Notes under the pieces: generated by a model
What the model was told of the DNA's origin: nothing
The model's input: the letters and a program-made list of their open reading frames with translations, nothing else
The model's database searches: none
Translations under genes and position numbers: made by a program
NCBI RefSeq assembly: GCF_001644705.1
Contig: NZ_CP015137.1
Location: 1,290,001-1,322,000, forward strand
Direction of reading: 5' to 3'
DNA length: 32,000 bases
DNA from: Dickeya solani IPO 2222
GTDB lineage: Bacteria > Pseudomonadota > Gammaproteobacteria > Enterobacterales > Enterobacteriaceae
In this document: positions 1 through 13,526 of the stretch, piece by piece
How positions within the stretch are numbered: the first letter of the stretch is position 1
Layout: every line of letters begins with the position of its first letter

Positions 1-912
<912 letters not shown>

Positions 913-991
913 TCATCTGAACCTACGACCTTAGCTTACACCAAGGCCGGCGGCACAGTTTAGCACAAAGAGCGGAGATTCCAACCTGACG

Positions 992-2143
992 TTAGTCAGC
1001 CTGCTTACGCAGGAAAGCGGGAATATCGAGATAGTCCGGCTCTTTATTGGTCTGTACGCTCTGGTCGTTCACCACTTTGGCCGCAGGTTTTTCCTGCGTC
1101 AGCGGCGTCATGCCATGTTGCTGGTAGCGGTGGTCCATAACCGGCTGGCTGCTTTGCTTGTTGGTAACCAGCGTAATTTCCGGACGTTTGTCCATGCCGA
1201 TACCGGTGGCGACCACGGTCACCCGCAGTTCGTCGTTCATATCCGGATCCAGCGATGTACCAATCACTACCGTCGCATTATCGGATGCAAACGCGCGAAT
1301 GGTATTACCAACAGTCTCAAATTCATCCAGACGCAGATCGAAACCGGCCGTAATGTTAACCAGCACGCCGCGCGCGCCGGAAAGGTCGATATCTTCCAGC
1401 AGCGGGCTGGAGATAGCCATTTCCGCCGCCTCTTCCGCACGGTCTTCACCACGAGCCACGCCGGACCCCATCATGGCGTAACCCATTTCGGACATCACGG
1501 TGCGCACGTCGGCAAAGTCCACGTTCATCAGGCCCGGGCGGGTAATCAACTCGGCAATACCCTGTACCGCGCCTTTCAACACGTCGTTAGCCGCGCCGAA
1601 CGCGTCCAGCAGAGAGATGCCGCGCCCCAGCACTTTCAACAGTTTGTCGTTGGGGATAGTAATCAGCGAATCGACGTGCTTGGACAGCTCCGCGATCCCC
1701 TGTTCGGCAAACGCCATGCGTTTTTTGCCTTCAAAATTGAACGGTTTGGTCACCACCGCAACGGTGAGGATGCCCAGATCCTTGGCGACTTCCGCCACCA
1801 CCGGCGCCGCGCCGGTACCGGTACCGCCGCCCATGCCGGCTGCGATGAACACCATGTCCGCACCTTCCAGCGCAGAACGCAGTGCTTCGCGATCTTCCTC
1901 GGCGGAATTGCGACCCACTTCCGGGTTGGCGCCCGCGCCCAGACCTTTGGTAATACCACTGCCGATCTGGATGGTCTGGCCGACTGCCGTTTTGCGCAGT
2001 GCTTGAGCATCGGTGTTAACCGCAAAGAATTCAACACCTTCGATGCGTTCACGCACCATGTGTTCGACAGCGTTGCCGCCGCCACCACCGACGCCGATGA
2101 CTTTAATCACCGCGTCGTTGGTTAACTCCATTGGTTCAAACAT
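992..2143 (-). CDS. ftsZ: cell division GTPase FtsZ
   Basis: 383-aa ORF, the same length as E. coli FtsZ. It has the N-terminus [29 protein letters not shown], the tubulin signature [13 protein letters not shown] and the C-terminal tail [14 protein letters not shown]. Confidence 0.99.
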   Translation of the reverse strand: MFEPMELTNDAVIKVIGVGGGGGNAVEHMVRERIEGVEFFAVNTDAQALRKTAVGQTIQIGSGITKGLGAGANPEVGRNSAEEDREALRSALEGADMVFIAAGMGGGTGTGAAPVVAEVAKDLGILTVAVVTKPFNFEGKKRMAFAEQGIAELSKHVDSLITIPNDKLLKVLGRGISLLDAFGAANDVLKGAVQGIAELITRPGLMNVDFADVRTVMSEMGYAMMGSGVARGEDRAEEAAEMAISSPLLEDIDLSGARGVLVNITAGFDLRLDEFETVGNTIRAFASDNATVVIGTSLDPDMNDELRVTVVATGIGMDKRPEITLVTNKQSSQPVMDHRYQQHGMTPLTQEKPAAKVVNDQSVQTNKEPDYLDIPAFLRKQAD

Positions 2144-2217
2144 AGTTTCTCTCCGTCTTGTGCCTGTGGTACTTCAAGATCAAAAAAGTCGTGCTAAATG
2201 ATCTCTTTTGATAACCG

Positions 2218-3474
2218 TCAAAATTCTTTTCTCAGCCAGCTGTTCAGGCGTTTAAACCAGTTACTGACTGAGGCGCGTTTCTCAACTTCGTGTTCGCCAC
2301 TCAGATGAGACTCTTTGCCGTAATGCAGCAGCCCCACCGCTGTCGAGTAATAGGGCTCCTGCGCATAATCCGTTAATCCGGTGATATTCAGCGGCTGGCC
2401 GATGCGCACCTGCGTGTGGAACACGCGCTGCGCGCAGGCCGCCAGACCGTCAATCTGCGCCGCACCGCCGGTCAGCACGATGCCGGCCGCCAGATGGTGC
2501 TTCACGCCCTGCTGGCGCAGTTGTTCCTGCAACTGCAACAGCTCGTCATTCACCAGATTCAATAACTCGGTATAGCGAGGTTCAATCACCTCCGCCAGCG
2601 TCTGACGCTGCAGACTACGCGGCGGACGACCGCCGACGCTCGGCACTTCCACCGTTTCATCTTTGCTGACGATGGAACCGAGCGCGCAACCGTAGCGCAC
2701 CTTGATCGCTTCCGCATCCGTGGGCGGCGTGCCAAACGCATAGGCTATATCGCTGGTGACTACGTTACCAGCATAAGGAATCACTTTTGTGTGACGCAGC
2801 GCGCCGCCGGTATACACCGCCATATCCATGGTGCCGCCGCCGATATCCACTACGCACACGCCCAGTTCGCGCTCGTCTTCGGTCAGCACCGCATAACTGG
2901 ATGCCAGCCCGGCGAAAATCAGCTGATCCACCTTCAGACCGCAGCGCTCCACCGCTTTAACAATGTTCTTCGCCATGTCGTTATGACAGGTAATCAGGTG
3001 CACCTTGGCCTGCATCCGTACACCAGACAGCCCGACCGGGTTTTTAATCCCTTCCTGATAGTCGATGGCGTATTCCTGCGGGATCACATGCAGAATACGG
3101 TGCTCATCACGGACCCGGACAGATTTGGCCGTATGCACCACGCTTTCCACATCGTCCTGCGTTACTTCTTCTTCGGAGATAGGCACCATGCCGATCTCGT
3201 TCTGGCAGCTGATGTGCTTACCGGACAACGCCAGATACACGGATGAAATCTGGCAATCAGCCATCAGTTCGGCCTGATCGATGGCGCGCTGTACGCACTT
3301 GACCACCGATTCCAGATCGTTAACGCCGCCTTTATCCATGCCCCGTGACGGGCAGCTTCCCACACCGATGATATTGATCATGCCATCTGGCAGAACTTCA
3401 CCTACCAGCGCAGCTACTTTTGCTGTACCGATTTCCAGCCCAACTACCAGTTTTCTGTCCGTCGACTTGATCAT
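2218..3474 (-). CDS. ftsA: cell division protein FtsA (actin-like ATPase)
   Basis: 418-aa ORF starting [31 protein letters not shown], co-linear with E. coli FtsA. Its ATG overlaps the ftsQ stop (ATGA at 3474-3471). Confidence 0.98.
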   Translation of the reverse strand: MIKSTDRKLVVGLEIGTAKVAALVGEVLPDGMINIIGVGSCPSRGMDKGGVNDLESVVKCVQRAIDQAELMADCQISSVYLALSGKHISCQNEIGMVPISEEEVTQDDVESVVHTAKSVRVRDEHRILHVIPQEYAIDYQEGIKNPVGLSGVRMQAKVHLITCHNDMAKNIVKAVERCGLKVDQLIFAGLASSYAVLTEDERELGVCVVDIGGGTMDMAVYTGGALRHTKVIPYAGNVVTSDIAYAFGTPPTDAEAIKVRYGCALGSIVSKDETVEVPSVGGRPPRSLQRQTLAEVIEPRYTELLNLVNDELLQLQEQLRQQGVKHHLAAGIVLTGGAAQIDGLAACAQRVFHTQVRIGQPLNITGLTDYAQEPYYSTAVGLLHYGKESHLSGEHEVEKRASVSNWFKRLNSWLRKEF

Positions 3475-4325
3475 TGCTGTTTAGCCTGTGCCTGATTTTG
3501 TTGCTGATTACCGTTCTTTTGCTGATCAATGTCTTTTTGCTGATCAATAAATGCCGGGCTCCAACCTACCGCCGCGCCGGTTTCATAGCGCAAATCCACG
3601 TAGTTAACCCGCTTGTTTTCATTCTGGGCCTGCCGCTGCAGCAACGGATAGATCTCCAGAAAACGCGCCAGACGCCGACTTCTGTCATCGCGCCCCAGAT
3701 CGAGTCGGATATCATCGTCCAGCCCAACCTGCCATGAATGGCGCGCAGTCATCGCCACCATCTTCACCGTGAACTTACCTGCCGCCAGTATCTGGTTCAT
3801 CTCGCGATACCCCTCCAGCACGTCTTCTTCACTGCCCTCCGGACCGTACAGCATCGGCATTTTTTTGTTGCCGATGCGCTCAGCCGGCACGCTGAAGGCG
3901 TTACCCTCGCTGTCAACCATAAGCTGGTCATTCCAGCGCGCAAACGGAACGTATTCAACCAGATGAATCTTTAATTCGTCCGGCCACTGCTTACGTACGC
4001 TGGCCTGTTTAATCCAGGGCAGGCGCTCGATCTGCTGCTGGATGATATTCACATCCTGCGTCATGAACGTCCCCGGCGAACCCAGCGACAAAATCGCCTG
4101 ACGGATGTCATCATTGGTGGTGTAGTGCCGCTCGCCGGTCACCACCAGCCTGGACAGCGGCAGCCGGCTGGCATCTTTCATCCAGCCCAGCACCATCCAG
4201 CTTCCCCACAGGATGGTGCCGACCACCATCAGCAGGAAAAAAACCCCCGCCAGTTGACTGCCATTGCTGCGTCGTGCGCCCTTTTCCTGCTCACGTCCGC
4301 GTGTATTCAACGCCGCCTGCGACAT
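3471..4325 (-). CDS. ftsQ: cell division protein FtsQ
   Basis: The ORF-track frame opens at 4346, but similarity to FtsQ begins at MSQAALNTR (ATG 4325-4323). It continues through [25 protein letters not shown] and [43 protein letters not shown] and ends in a Q-rich tail. Length is 284 aa. Confidence 0.95.
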   Translation of the reverse strand: MSQAALNTRGREQEKGARRSNGSQLAGVFFLLMVVGTILWGSWMVLGWMKDASRLPLSRLVVTGERHYTTNDDIRQAILSLGSPGTFMTQDVNIIQQQIERLPWIKQASVRKQWPDELKIHLVEYVPFARWNDQLMVDSEGNAFSVPAERIGNKKMPMLYGPEGSEEDVLEGYREMNQILAAGKFTVKMVAMTARHSWQVGLDDDIRLDLGRDDRSRRLARFLEIYPLLQRQAQNENKRVNYVDLRYETGAAVGWSPAFIDQQKDIDQQKNGNQQQNQAQAKQQ

Positions 4326-4326
4326 A

Positions 4327-4482
4327 CTAATCAGCCAACCCCACAACAGATACGCGGCGGTAACCGTTGTCTGTCTGGACTGAGCGCGAAACGTCGGCGC
4401 ACCGAACCTCAGCCGGCCATCGGCCGGTTTCGCTGCGGTCAGCGAGGGTGCGTCTCATCACTACCATCACGTGCTCAGTCAT
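4327..4482 (-). pseudogene. ddlB: remnant of D-alanine--D-alanine ligase B (51-codon open stub; catalytic core deleted)
   Basis: The frame on the reverse strand runs from AGG-N4-ATG (4482) to TAG (4329-4327) and encodes [51 protein letters not shown]. Its start resembles the DdlB N-terminus (MTDKIAVLLGGTSAER) and its end resembles the DdlB C-terminus (..ILELAD). The stop-T-ATG junction with ftsQ is the canonical ddlB-ftsQ junction. Only 164 nt separate murC and ftsQ, where a ~306-codon gene is expected. Confidence 0.55.
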
Positions 4483-4489
4483 CCTGTTC

Positions 4490-5950
4490 TCAGTCTTTGG
4501 TCTTCGCCTGCAGACGGTTTTCCGCCAGCCGACGCGCCAGTTTGCCAATGTTGCCGGCGCCCTGAACCAGCACCAGATCATCGCTCTGCAGCGCCTGCGC
4601 CAGCAGTTCAGGCAGCGTCTCCACATCCGGCACCATGATCGGGTCGATTTTGCCGCGCCCGCGAATGGTGCGGCACAGCGACCGGCTGTCCGCCCCCGGA
4701 ATCGGCGCTTCGCCAGCCGAATACACATCCAGCATCAGCAACACATCCACCTGGGACAGCACATGCGCGAAGTCATCGTACAGATCCCGCGTGCGGGTAT
4801 AGCGATGCGGCTGAAAAATCATCACCAGGCGTTTATCCGGCCAGCCGGCGCGCGCCGCCTTAATAGTGGCGTCGACTTCCGTCGGGTGATGCCCGTAATC
4901 ATCCACCAGCATGGCGCTGCCGCTTTTGCCGTTAACCAGCTGTAGCGGGAATTCGCCCAGAAAATCAAACCGACGTCCCGTTCCCTGAAAACGCGCCAGC
5001 GCTCGCAGAATCGCGTCGTCGTCAATGCCTTCTTCCGTTGCCACCGCTACCGCCGCCGCTGCATTTAGCGCATTGTGGCGACCCGGCGCATTCAGCGTCA
5101 CATTCAGCAGCGGTTTCCCCTGACGCGCCAGCGTAAACAGCCCCTGCGCCCCAATCTGACGATAGTCAGCCAGCCGAACATCCGCATCGTCGCTGAAACC
5201 ATACGTGGTGATGTGACGCCCCACTTTCGGCAACAGCTCCCGAATCACCGCATCATCCAGGCACATCACCGCATGGCCGTAAAACGGCAGGTTATGCAGG
5301 AAATTGATGAACGTCTGCTTGAGGTTCTCAAAATCGCCCTGATACGTATCCATATGGTCGGCTTCGATGTTGGTCACAATCGCCACCATCGGTTGTAAAT
5401 GCAGGAACGACGCATCGCTCTCGTCCGCTTCCGCAATCAGGTAGCGGCTCGACCCCAGGCGGGCGTGCGTCCCCGCGGCTTTGACCAGACCGCCGTTGAC
5501 GAATGTCGGGTCCAGCCCCGCTTCCGCGTAGATACTGGTTACCATCGCGGTGGTCGTGGTTTTGCCATGCGTCCCGGCAACGGCGATGCCATGACGAAAG
5601 CGCATCAATTCTGCCAGCATCTCTGCCCGGCGAATCACTGGAATACGGGCCTCATGCGCCGCGATAATCTCCGGGTTGTCCGCCGCAATCGCGCTGGACA
5701 CCACCACCACGCTCGCCTCGTTTACATTTTCCGGGCGATGGTGGAAGTAAATCTGGGCACCCAGATCGGTCAATTGCTGTGTCACGGCGTTGGGCGCCAG
5801 ATCAGAACCGCTGATCTGATAGCCCTCGTTAGCCAGGACTTCGGCGATACCGCCCATGCCGGCACCACCGATGCCAACAAAATGGATGTGCCGGACGCGG
5901 TGCATCTCGGGCACGATTGAACGCAGTTTCGCCAGTTCTTGAGTATTCAC
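4490..5950 (-). CDS. murC: UDP-N-acetylmuramate--L-alanine ligase MurC
   Basis: 486-aa ORF starting [51 protein letters not shown], with the Mur ligase P-loop [11 protein letters not shown]. It is co-linear with E. coli MurC. Confidence 0.98.
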   Translation of the reverse strand: MNTQELAKLRSIVPEMHRVRHIHFVGIGGAGMGGIAEVLANEGYQISGSDLAPNAVTQQLTDLGAQIYFHHRPENVNEASVVVVSSAIAADNPEIIAAHEARIPVIRRAEMLAELMRFRHGIAVAGTHGKTTTTAMVTSIYAEAGLDPTFVNGGLVKAAGTHARLGSSRYLIAEADESDASFLHLQPMVAIVTNIEADHMDTYQGDFENLKQTFINFLHNLPFYGHAVMCLDDAVIRELLPKVGRHITTYGFSDDADVRLADYRQIGAQGLFTLARQGKPLLNVTLNAPGRHNALNAAAAVAVATEEGIDDDAILRALARFQGTGRRFDFLGEFPLQLVNGKSGSAMLVDDYGHHPTEVDATIKAARAGWPDKRLVMIFQPHRYTRTRDLYDDFAHVLSQVDVLLMLDVYSAGEAPIPGADSRSLCRTIRGRGKIDPIMVPDVETLPELLAQALQSDDLVLVQGAGNIGKLARRLAENRLQAKTKD

Positions 5951-6000
5951 TATCTTCTATCGCAACCTACATCAACGCCGGCGATTGCCGGCCATTATCA

Positions 6001-7092
6001 TTAATTCCGGACAGTGTGAACTGCCCGCTGCATCGCCGCTGCCGCGACTTCGGCCGCCACTCGTTCCGTCGCATCGGGAATCGCCACGGTTCGGGCTTTT
6101 TGCGCCATATCGCGTAACGTGGCGCGATCCCAGGCCGCCAGCACCTCGCTAATCGCGTCCACGCTGAGGTCGACCTGTTCGATAATCTTTGCGGCGCCCG
6201 CCTGCTCCAGCGGCAACGCATTCCAGTACTGCTGCCGATCCTTATGCTGGAACGGCACGAATAACGCCGGCAACCCGGCCGCGGCAATCTCGCTGACCGT
6301 TAACGCGCCGGAGCGGCACACCACCACATCGGCCCAGGCATACGCCGCCGCCATGTCGTCGATAAACTCGGTAATCCGGTGCTGCGGCTGACCAGCCTGC
6401 GCATAAGCAGCCTGTACTTCCGCCTGAGCCCCTTTGCCGGTCTGATGCCAGATGGTAACGGCGTCATGCAGCCGCGCCGCTACGCCGGGCAGGGTTTGAT
6501 TCAGCACCCGCGCGCCCTGACTTCCGCCAACCACCAGCACCCGCACCGGACCGCTGCGGTCAGCCAGCCGCTCTGTCGGCGACGGCAGCGCCAGCACATC
6601 GGTGCGCACCGGGTTTCCCACCACATCCGCGTGGGGAAACGCGCCCGGGAACGCCTGTAATACTTTTTTGGCGATGCGCGATAACCAGCGGTTGGTCAAC
6701 CCGGCAATACCGTTTTGCTCGTGCAAAACCACCGGGATACCACACAGCCAGGCGGCCAGGCCGCCGGGGCCGGATACATAGCCGCCCATCCCCAGCACAA
6801 CGTCCGGCTGATAGCGGCGCATAATCGCCTGCGCCTGCCGCACCGCCCGGAAGATACGTACCGGCGCCAGTACCAATGCGGTCAATCCTTTGCCGCGCAG
6901 CCCGGAAATACGGATAAAATCGATATCGATGCCGTGTTTCGGCACCAGATCCGCTTCCATCCGGTCGGCCGTGCCCAGCCAGCGCACCTGCCAGCCCTGC
7001 GCCATCAAGTGATGCGCTACCGCCAGGCCGGGAAACACATGCCCGCCGGTGCCGCCAGCCATCACCATCAAACGCTTGCCTTCGCCACTCAT
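6001..7092 (-). CDS. murG: UDP-GlcNAc:lipid I N-acetylglucosaminyltransferase MurG
   Basis: 363-aa ORF starting [55 protein letters not shown], very close to E. coli MurG. Its ATG overlaps the ftsW stop (ATGA at 7092-7089). Confidence 0.98.
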   Translation of the reverse strand: MSGEGKRLMVMAGGTGGHVFPGLAVAHHLMAQGWQVRWLGTADRMEADLVPKHGIDIDFIRISGLRGKGLTALVLAPVRIFRAVRQAQAIMRRYQPDVVLGMGGYVSGPGGLAAWLCGIPVVLHEQNGIAGLTNRWLSRIAKKVLQAFPGAFPHADVVGNPVRTDVLALPSPTERLADRSGPVRVLVVGGSQGARVLNQTLPGVAARLHDAVTIWHQTGKGAQAEVQAAYAQAGQPQHRITEFIDDMAAAYAWADVVVCRSGALTVSEIAAAGLPALFVPFQHKDRQQYWNALPLEQAGAAKIIEQVDLSVDAISEVLAAWDRATLRDMAQKARTVAIPDATERVAAEVAAAAMQRAVHTVRN

Positions 7093-8291
7093 CGGGCACC
7101 CCTCGTAAACGCCTGCGCTTTGGTCAGGCGCGTTTCATAATCAATTCGCAACAACAACACGATAGCCGTCGACATAATCAACAGACTGGAACCACCGTAA
7201 CTGATCAGCGGCAATGTCAGCCCTTTGGTCGGCAACATGCCCGCGGCCGCGCCGACATTCACCAGCGTCTGAAAACTGAACCAGATACCGATGGAGCAGG
7301 CCAAAAAGCCCGAAAAACGCTGGTCGATCTCCAGCGCCCGCCGCCCGATCGACATCGCACGAAAAGCGACGAAGAATATCATTAACAACGCTAAAACCAC
7401 ACCGATATAGCCCAGTTCTTCCCCCAGGATGGAGAAAATGAAGTCGGTATGCGCTTCCGGCAGATATTCCAGTTTCTGGATGGAATTACCGAGCCCTTGC
7501 CCCCACAGTTCGCCGCGGCCAAACGCCATCAACGACTGGGTCAGCTGATAGCCGCTGCCGAACGGATCGTCCCACGGATTCCAGAACGACGTCACACGGC
7601 GCACACGATACGGTTCCGCGATAATCAACAGCGCGACGGCGAAGATGCCACAGCCGATGATCGCCAGGAACTGCCACAATTTGGCCCCTGCCAGAAACAA
7701 CATCGCCAGCGTGGTGATGAACAGTACCACCACCGTACCGAGGTCCGGCTGAGCCAGCAGCAACACCGCCAGCACCACCATCACACCCATCGGCTTGCAA
7801 AACCCCCAGAAGTTGTTTCGCACCTCATCCACTTTGCGCACCATGTAGCTGGAGAGGTAGCAGAACAACGACAGCTTCGATAACTCTGCCGGCTGAATAC
7901 GCAGCGGGCCGAGAGAAATCCAGCGTGATGCCCCGTTAACCGAACTGCCCACCACCAGCACAATCAGCAGCATCACCAGCGACGCCAGCAGCAATACCAC
8001 ACTGTAGCGCTGCCAGACTTCCATCGGCACCCGCATTGTGACCAGCGACAAACCGAACGCCAGCCCCAGATACAGCGCATCGCGCTTGGCGAACAGAAAC
8101 GGATCGCTGGCCAGCCGCTGCCCGACCGGCATCGACGCCGAGGTCACCATCACAAAGCCGATCACCGCCAGCCCCAGGGTCAACCACAGCAGCGTCCGGT
8201 CGTACAGCACAGTGCTGAGGTTGTCGCTTTCACGCGTCCCCATCACCCAGCTTTTCAGACGTTCGACCATGCCGGCCCCGATAAAACGCAT
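7089..8291 (-). CDS. ftsW: peptidoglycan glycosyltransferase / SEDS protein FtsW
   Basis: The ORF-track frame extends to 8369, but I place the start at ATG 8291-8289, which forms a TAATG overlap with the murD stop. From there the product reads [41 protein letters not shown], and the remainder is co-linear with E. coli FtsW (400 aa). Confidence 0.93.
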   Translation of the reverse strand: MRFIGAGMVERLKSWVMGTRESDNLSTVLYDRTLLWLTLGLAVIGFVMVTSASMPVGQRLASDPFLFAKRDALYLGLAFGLSLVTMRVPMEVWQRYSVVLLLASLVMLLIVLVVGSSVNGASRWISLGPLRIQPAELSKLSLFCYLSSYMVRKVDEVRNNFWGFCKPMGVMVVLAVLLLAQPDLGTVVVLFITTLAMLFLAGAKLWQFLAIIGCGIFAVALLIIAEPYRVRRVTSFWNPWDDPFGSGYQLTQSLMAFGRGELWGQGLGNSIQKLEYLPEAHTDFIFSILGEELGYIGVVLALLMIFFVAFRAMSIGRRALEIDQRFSGFLACSIGIWFSFQTLVNVGAAAGMLPTKGLTLPLISYGGSSLLIMSTAIVLLLRIDYETRLTKAQAFTRGAR

Positions 8292-9604
8292 TATCCCAGT
8301 TCCTCCGCCAAACGGGCGAACTCGTCGCCACGCTGTTCGAAACTGCGGAACTGATCGAGGCTGGCGCAAGCCGGCGACAGCAGCACCATGTCTCCCGGCT
8401 GGGTACGGCTGGCGATAAGGCGCATCGCCTGCTCCATGGTTTCGGTCTGCTCGGCGATTTCCGGACGCAGCGCCGCCAATTGCCCGCCATCACGGCCAAA
8501 ACAGTACAGTCGGATGCGATCTCCCTGCAGGTAACGCAGCAACGGAGAGAAATCCGCTGATTTGCCGTCGCCGCCCAGCAGCAGATGCAGCGTGCCATCG
8601 ACATGCAGCCCGCTCAGCGCCGCCTCGGTACTGCCGACGTTAGTCGCCTTGGAATCATTGACCCAGCGCACGTCATGACGCGCCAGCGCCAACTGGAAAC
8701 GGTGCGCCAGGCCGGTAAAGGTGGTCAGCGCAGTCAGGGCCGACGAACGGGGAATGCCCACGGCGTCCGCCAGCGCCAGCGCAGCCAACGCATTGGTGTA
8801 GTTGTGCTGGCCGACCAGTTTAATTTCGCGGGTATTCAGCACCCGCTCGCCTTTCACCCGCAGCCAGGTTTCACCCTGCTGCCGGTTCAGGTGGTAATCG
8901 CCCACATCCACGCCGAAACTCAGGCAACGCGCGTCGGCGCCGCGCACCGGCATGGTCAGGGCATCGTCCGCGTTCACAATGCAGACTTTGGCGTTTTCAT
9001 AAATGCGCAATTTAGCGGCGCGGTACTGCTGTAACCCCAGCGGGTAGCGGTTGGTGTGATCCTCGGTGACGTTGAGAATCGTGGCCGCAGCGGCATGCAG
9101 GCTGTAGGTGGTTTCCAGTTGGAAGCTCGACAGCTCCAGCACATACAGCTGGCTTTCCTGTTTGAGCAGCTCCAACGCCGGTACACCAATGTTGCCGCCC
9201 ACGCCGACGGCCCAACCGGCCGCGTGCGCCATTCCGCCCACCAGCGTGGTAACCGTGCTTTTGCCGTTGGAACCGGTAATAGCGACGATCGGCGCCTGCG
9301 CTTCACGGCAGAACAGTTCAATATCGCCGACAATCTCGATACCGGCTTCCGCCGCTTCGCACAGGATCGGCGTCGCCAGCGCGATCCCCGGACTGGCGAC
9401 GATCAGATCGGCGGACAGCAGCCATTCATCATTGAGGCTGCCCAGATGACGCTCAACGGACTCAGGCAGTTTATCCAGGCCCGGCGGACTGATACGGGTA
9501 TCCACCACGCGCGGCACTACCCCGCGTGCAAGGAAAAAATCAACACAGGAGAGCCCTGTCAGCCCTAACCCGATAATGACAACCTTTCTACCCTGATAGT
9601 CCAT
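8291..9604 (-). CDS. murD: UDP-N-acetylmuramoylalanine--D-glutamate ligase MurD
   Basis: 437-aa ORF with [29 protein letters not shown] and [13 protein letters not shown], co-linear with E. coli MurD. Confidence 0.98.
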   Translation of the reverse strand: MDYQGRKVVIIGLGLTGLSCVDFFLARGVVPRVVDTRISPPGLDKLPESVERHLGSLNDEWLLSADLIVASPGIALATPILCEAAEAGIEIVGDIELFCREAQAPIVAITGSNGKSTVTTLVGGMAHAAGWAVGVGGNIGVPALELLKQESQLYVLELSSFQLETTYSLHAAAATILNVTEDHTNRYPLGLQQYRAAKLRIYENAKVCIVNADDALTMPVRGADARCLSFGVDVGDYHLNRQQGETWLRVKGERVLNTREIKLVGQHNYTNALAALALADAVGIPRSSALTALTTFTGLAHRFQLALARHDVRWVNDSKATNVGSTEAALSGLHVDGTLHLLLGGDGKSADFSPLLRYLQGDRIRLYCFGRDGGQLAALRPEIAEQTETMEQAMRLIASRTQPGDMVLLSPACASLDQFRSFEQRGDEFARLAEELG

Positions 9605-9607
9605 TTT

Positions 9608-10690
9608 TTACCGTACCTTGAGCGTTACCAGTCCGATGAGCATCAGCATCAGTGAAATAATCCAGAACCGCACAATCACCCGCGGCTCCGGCCACCCTTT
9701 AAGTTCGTAATGATGGTGGATCGGCGCCATGCGGAAAATCCGCTGGCCGCGCAGCTTGAAGGAACCTACCTGCAAAATGACGGACAGGGTTTCCACCACA
9801 AACACCCCGCCCATAATCACCAGCAAAAATTCCTGACGCAGCAGCACTGCGATGGTGCCCAGCGCGCCGCCCAGCGCCAGCGAGCCGACATCGCCCATGA
9901 ATACCTGCGCCGGATAGGTGTTGAACCACAAAAATCCGAGGCCGGCGCCGACAATCGCGGTACACACCACCACCAGTTCACTGGCATGCCGGATATACGG
10001 GATGTGCAGGTAGCTGGCGAAATTCATGTTGCCGGTCGCCCAAGCCACCAGCGCAAACCCGACCGCCACAAACACCGTCGGCATGATGGCCAACCCATCC
10101 AGACCATCGGTAAGATTGACGGCATTACTGGTGCCGACAATCACGAAGTAGGCCAGCACGATGTACATCACGCCCAGTTGCGGCATCACGTCCTTGAAGA
10201 ACGGCACCACCAGCTGCGTCGCCGGCGTGTCCTTGCCAATCGCGTACATGGAAAACGCGACCACCAGCGCCAGCACCGACTGCCAGAAGTACTTCCAGCG
10301 GGCAATCAGCCCACGGGTGTCCTTACGCACCACCTTGCGGTAATCATCCACAAATCCGACGATACCGTAGCCCACCAGCACCAGCAGCACGCACCAGACA
10401 TACGGGTTAGCCAGGTTGACCCACAACAGCACCGAAATAATGATCGACGCCAGAATCATCACCCCGCCCATAGTCGGCGTGCCGCGCTTGCTGAAATGGG
10501 ACTCCGGTCCTTCGCTACGCACCACCTGACCAATTTGCAGGCGTTGCAGCCAGGCGATCAAATGCGGCCCCATCCACAGGGAAATGATTAACGCCGTCAG
10601 CAGGCTGACAATGGCCCGGAACGTCAAATACGAAAAGACGTTAAAGCCGGAATAAAACTTGACCAGATGCTCGGCCAGCCAAACTAACAT
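9608..10690 (-). CDS. mraY: phospho-N-acetylmuramoyl-pentapeptide transferase MraY
   Basis: 360-aa polytopic membrane ORF starting [34 protein letters not shown], the same length as E. coli MraY. It overlaps the murF stop by 7 nt. Confidence 0.98.
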   Translation of the reverse strand: MLVWLAEHLVKFYSGFNVFSYLTFRAIVSLLTALIISLWMGPHLIAWLQRLQIGQVVRSEGPESHFSKRGTPTMGGVMILASIIISVLLWVNLANPYVWCVLLVLVGYGIVGFVDDYRKVVRKDTRGLIARWKYFWQSVLALVVAFSMYAIGKDTPATQLVVPFFKDVMPQLGVMYIVLAYFVIVGTSNAVNLTDGLDGLAIMPTVFVAVGFALVAWATGNMNFASYLHIPYIRHASELVVVCTAIVGAGLGFLWFNTYPAQVFMGDVGSLALGGALGTIAVLLRQEFLLVIMGGVFVVETLSVILQVGSFKLRGQRIFRMAPIHHHYELKGWPEPRVIVRFWIISLMLMLIGLVTLKVR

Positions 10691-12045
10691 GTGGCATTCT
10701 CCTGTAATGCGTGTACTACCTGTTCCATCGCAGCGCTGCGTGAACCTTTAATTAAAACGGTAATGGTATTGTGCTGCGTCATCAGCGCCCGCAAACGGGC
10801 GATCAGCGTGGTTTTATTGTCAAAATGCTCGCCTGCGCCGCTGGCGTCGCCGATAAGCGCGCTCAGCGCGCCCACACTCAATACCTTGTCAATGTTTGCC
10901 TTGCGGGCCGCTTCGCCCACCTGGCGATGACACGCCTGCGCGTCCTGACCCAGTTCGGCCATATCGCCGACCACCATCACCCGGTAGCCCGGCATCTCCG
11001 CCAGCACCTGCGCCGCCGCGGTCATCGAACCGACGTTGGCGTTGTAACTGTCGTCCAGCAGCAATTTTCCCGGCGCCAGCGCAATCGGGAACAACCGCCC
11101 CGGCACAGCCTGCAATTGCGCCAGTCCGGCCTTCACCGCGTCCAGCGACGCGCCCACCGCCAGCGACAACGCCGCCGCCGCCAGCGCGTTGGCGATGTTG
11201 TGGCGCCCCGGCAGCGGCAAGGTCACCGCGATATCGCCTGCCGGCGTATGCAGCACGAAATCGGTTCCACGCTCGCTGATGCTGACATCGCTGGCGTAAA
11301 AATCGACGCCCGCGCGTGCCTGCGGTGAAAAGTGCCAGCGGGTTTTCCCCGTCAGCACATCGTGCCAGCGCGCCTCATCGTGGCTGTCGGCATTGATGAT
11401 CGCCACGCCCTGCGCCGGTAAGCCGCTAAAGATTTCACCTTTGGCCTGCGCCACGCCTTCGAGCGAACCAAACCCTTCCAAATGCGCGGCAGCCAGGTTA
11501 TTCACCAGCGCCGCTTCCGGGCGTACCATCGCCGTGGTGTAAGCAATCTCGCCGATATGGTTGGCGCCCAGCTCAATCACCGCGTAGTCATGCTCCGGCA
11601 TCAGACGGAACAACGTCAGCGGTACGCCGATGTCGTTGTTGAAATTACCGGCGGTATACAGCACGTTGCCGCACTGACGCAAAATCGCAGCGGTCATTTC
11701 CTTGACGGAGGTTTTTCCCGACGAACCGGTCAGCGCCACTACGCGCGCCCGGCTTTGCTGCCGCACCCAGCCCGCCATCGTACCCAGCGCCAGACGCGTG
11801 TCATCCACCACCAACTGCGGCACTTCTATTGGTAAGTGCTTACTCACCAACAATGCGGCCGCCCCATGATTAACGGCATCCGCCGCGTAATCATGAGCGT
11901 CAAATTTTTCCCCGCGCAACGCGACGAGTAGACAACCGGCGGTAAGTTTACGGGTATCCGTGGACACCTCGCTGATAGTCAGGTCGTCCCCCACCAGGCG
12001 AGCGCCCAGCACATCAGCCAACTGCCGCAACGAGACGCTGATCAT
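10684..12045 (-). CDS. murF: UDP-MurNAc-tripeptide--D-alanyl-D-alanine ligase MurF
   Basis: 453-aa ORF with a Mur ligase P-loop ([11 protein letters not shown]). It sits between murE and mraY and has an ATGA overlap with the murE stop (12045-12042). Confidence 0.97.
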   Translation of the reverse strand: MISVSLRQLADVLGARLVGDDLTISEVSTDTRKLTAGCLLVALRGEKFDAHDYAADAVNHGAAALLVSKHLPIEVPQLVVDDTRLALGTMAGWVRQQSRARVVALTGSSGKTSVKEMTAAILRQCGNVLYTAGNFNNDIGVPLTLFRLMPEHDYAVIELGANHIGEIAYTTAMVRPEAALVNNLAAAHLEGFGSLEGVAQAKGEIFSGLPAQGVAIINADSHDEARWHDVLTGKTRWHFSPQARAGVDFYASDVSISERGTDFVLHTPAGDIAVTLPLPGRHNIANALAAAALSLAVGASLDAVKAGLAQLQAVPGRLFPIALAPGKLLLDDSYNANVGSMTAAAQVLAEMPGYRVMVVGDMAELGQDAQACHRQVGEAARKANIDKVLSVGALSALIGDASGAGEHFDNKTTLIARLRALMTQHNTITVLIKGSRSAAMEQVVHALQENATC

Positions 12046-13526
12046 ACGATAACCCCCAGCAAACGCGCGACCGTAATGCGATCCGAATAGTCCAACCGCT
12101 CATTCCCTACCAACTGATAGTCTTCGTGTCCTTTGCCTGCGACCAGCACCACATCATCGGCAGCGGCCTGCATCACCGCGCTGGTGACGGCTTCCGCCCG
12201 ACCGGCGATCGCCTGCACCCGGCCTGCATCCAACAATCCGCTCAGGATATCGGCCACAATCGCCTGCGGGTCTTCACTGCGCGGGTTATCGTCGGTCACG
12301 ATCACCCGATCCGCCAGCTGTTCCGCAATCGCTCCCATTAGTGGGCGCTTACCTCTGTCGCGATCGCCGCCGCAACCAAATACGCACCACAGTACGCCCC
12401 GGCAGTGCAAACGCGCCGCCGCCAGCGCTTTTTCCAGCGCGTCCGGGGTATGGGCGTAATCCACCACCACCGTCGGTCGCCCGCTGGCAAGAAAAACCTC
12501 CATTCTGCCGCAGACCGGCTGCAGCGCAGAACCGGTCTTCACCAGTTGCTCCAGCGAATAGCCCAGCGACAACAGCGTCGCCAGCGCCAGCAACAGGTTA
12601 CTGACATTGAACGCGCCCATCAGACGGCTATTGATCTCACCGGCGCCCCAACTGGAGTCGAACTGCACGGTGAAGCCGCTGTCGTGATAATCGATATGGG
12701 TGGCTTTCAGCCAGTGCGCCCGACCGGCATCGATCTCGCCCGCCACACTCACCGCGACAGCGTCCGGCAGACGATGTAACCAACGACGGCCAACCTCGTC
12801 ATCGGCGTTAATGATTTGCTGCCCGACCTGATGCTCGGCGAACAGCCGCCATTTGGCTGCCTCGTAATTCGCCATGTCGCCGTGATAATCAAGATGATCG
12901 CGGCTCAGGTTGGTAAACACCGCGGCGGCGAATGACAGCGCCTCCACCCGGTGCTGCACCAGCCCATGCGAAGACACTTCCATGGCGGCGAAATCCGCCC
13001 CTTGCTCCACCAGTTGGCTCAGGATCTGCTGCACATCCACCGCCGAACCGGTAGTGTTTTCCGATGGCACCACATGCGCCAGCAAGCCGTTGCCGACCGT
13101 GCCCATCACCGCGCTGGTTTTGCCCAGCGCCTGACTCCACTGCGCCAGCAACTGGGTGGTAGTGGTCTTACCGTTGGTGCCGGTGACGCCGATCAGTTGC
13201 AACGCGGCCGATGGCTGGCGGTAAAAACGCCCTGCCAGCGCAGATAAACGCTGGTTCAGGCTTTCAAGATAAATCACCGGCACGCCGTGCATTTCAGTCA
13301 GGGTGCCATCGGGCGTGGCATCATCCGCCTGCGCGACAACCGCCGCGACGCCCTGCGCAATAGCCTGCGGAATATAGTGCCGCCCATCCGTCTTGTGGCC
13401 GACAACCGCCACAAACAGATCCCCGGCAGCCGCCATGCGGCTGTCTAATGTCATTTCCCGCAGCGCACGCTCCGGGGCATCGGTCACCCACGGAGCCAGG
13501 ACATCGCGCAAGTTACGATCTGTCAC
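12042..13526 (-). CDS. murE: UDP-MurNAc-L-Ala-D-Glu--2,6-diaminopimelate ligase MurE
   Basis: 494-aa ORF with a GTG start (13526-13524), reading [31 protein letters not shown]. It contains GTNGKTTTT and overlaps the ftsI 3' end by 14 nt. Confidence 0.97.
   Translation of the reverse strand: MTDRNLRDVLAPWVTDAPERALREMTLDSRMAAAGDLFVAVVGHKTDGRHYIPQAIAQGVAAVVAQADDATPDGTLTEMHGVPVIYLESLNQRLSALAGRFYRQPSAALQLIGVTGTNGKTTTTQLLAQWSQALGKTSAVMGTVGNGLLAHVVPSENTTGSAVDVQQILSQLVEQGADFAAMEVSSHGLVQHRVEALSFAAAVFTNLSRDHLDYHGDMANYEAAKWRLFAEHQVGQQIINADDEVGRRWLHRLPDAVAVSVAGEIDAGRAHWLKATHIDYHDSGFTVQFDSSWGAGEINSRLMGAFNVSNLLLALATLLSLGYSLEQLVKTGSALQPVCGRMEVFLASGRPTVVVDYAHTPDALEKALAAARLHCRGVLWCVFGCGGDRDRGKRPLMGAIAEQLADRVIVTDDNPRSEDPQAIVADILSGLLDAGRVQAIAGRAEAVTSAVMQAAADDVVLVAGKGHEDYQLVGNERLDYSDRITVARLLGVIV

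Noticed and set aside
1115-2125. 336-aa plus-strand ORF
   Set aside because: It is entirely antisense to ftsZ. Its composition is rich in H, R, G, A and Q, typical of shadow frames in GC-rich genes, and the opposite strand carries an unmistakable FtsZ.
4327-4728. 133-aa minus-strand ORF spanning the murC 3' end and the murC-ftsQ spacer
   Set aside because: Its upstream two-thirds are an out-of-frame overlap of murC. Only the last 51 codons, from ATG 4482, are meaningful, as the ddlB stub.
8292-8369. Longer N-terminal extensions offered by the ORF track for ftsW (8369), and likewise for ftsQ (4346), mraZ (17066), ilvH (20268), leuB (26160) and cra (19509)
   Set aside because: Homology to the reference proteins begins at the internal starts. 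Those starts also have SDs or canonical stop/start overlaps with the upstream gene.
9710-10591. 293-aa plus-strand ORF
   Set aside because: It is an antisense shadow of mraY with H/R/Q-rich junk sequence.
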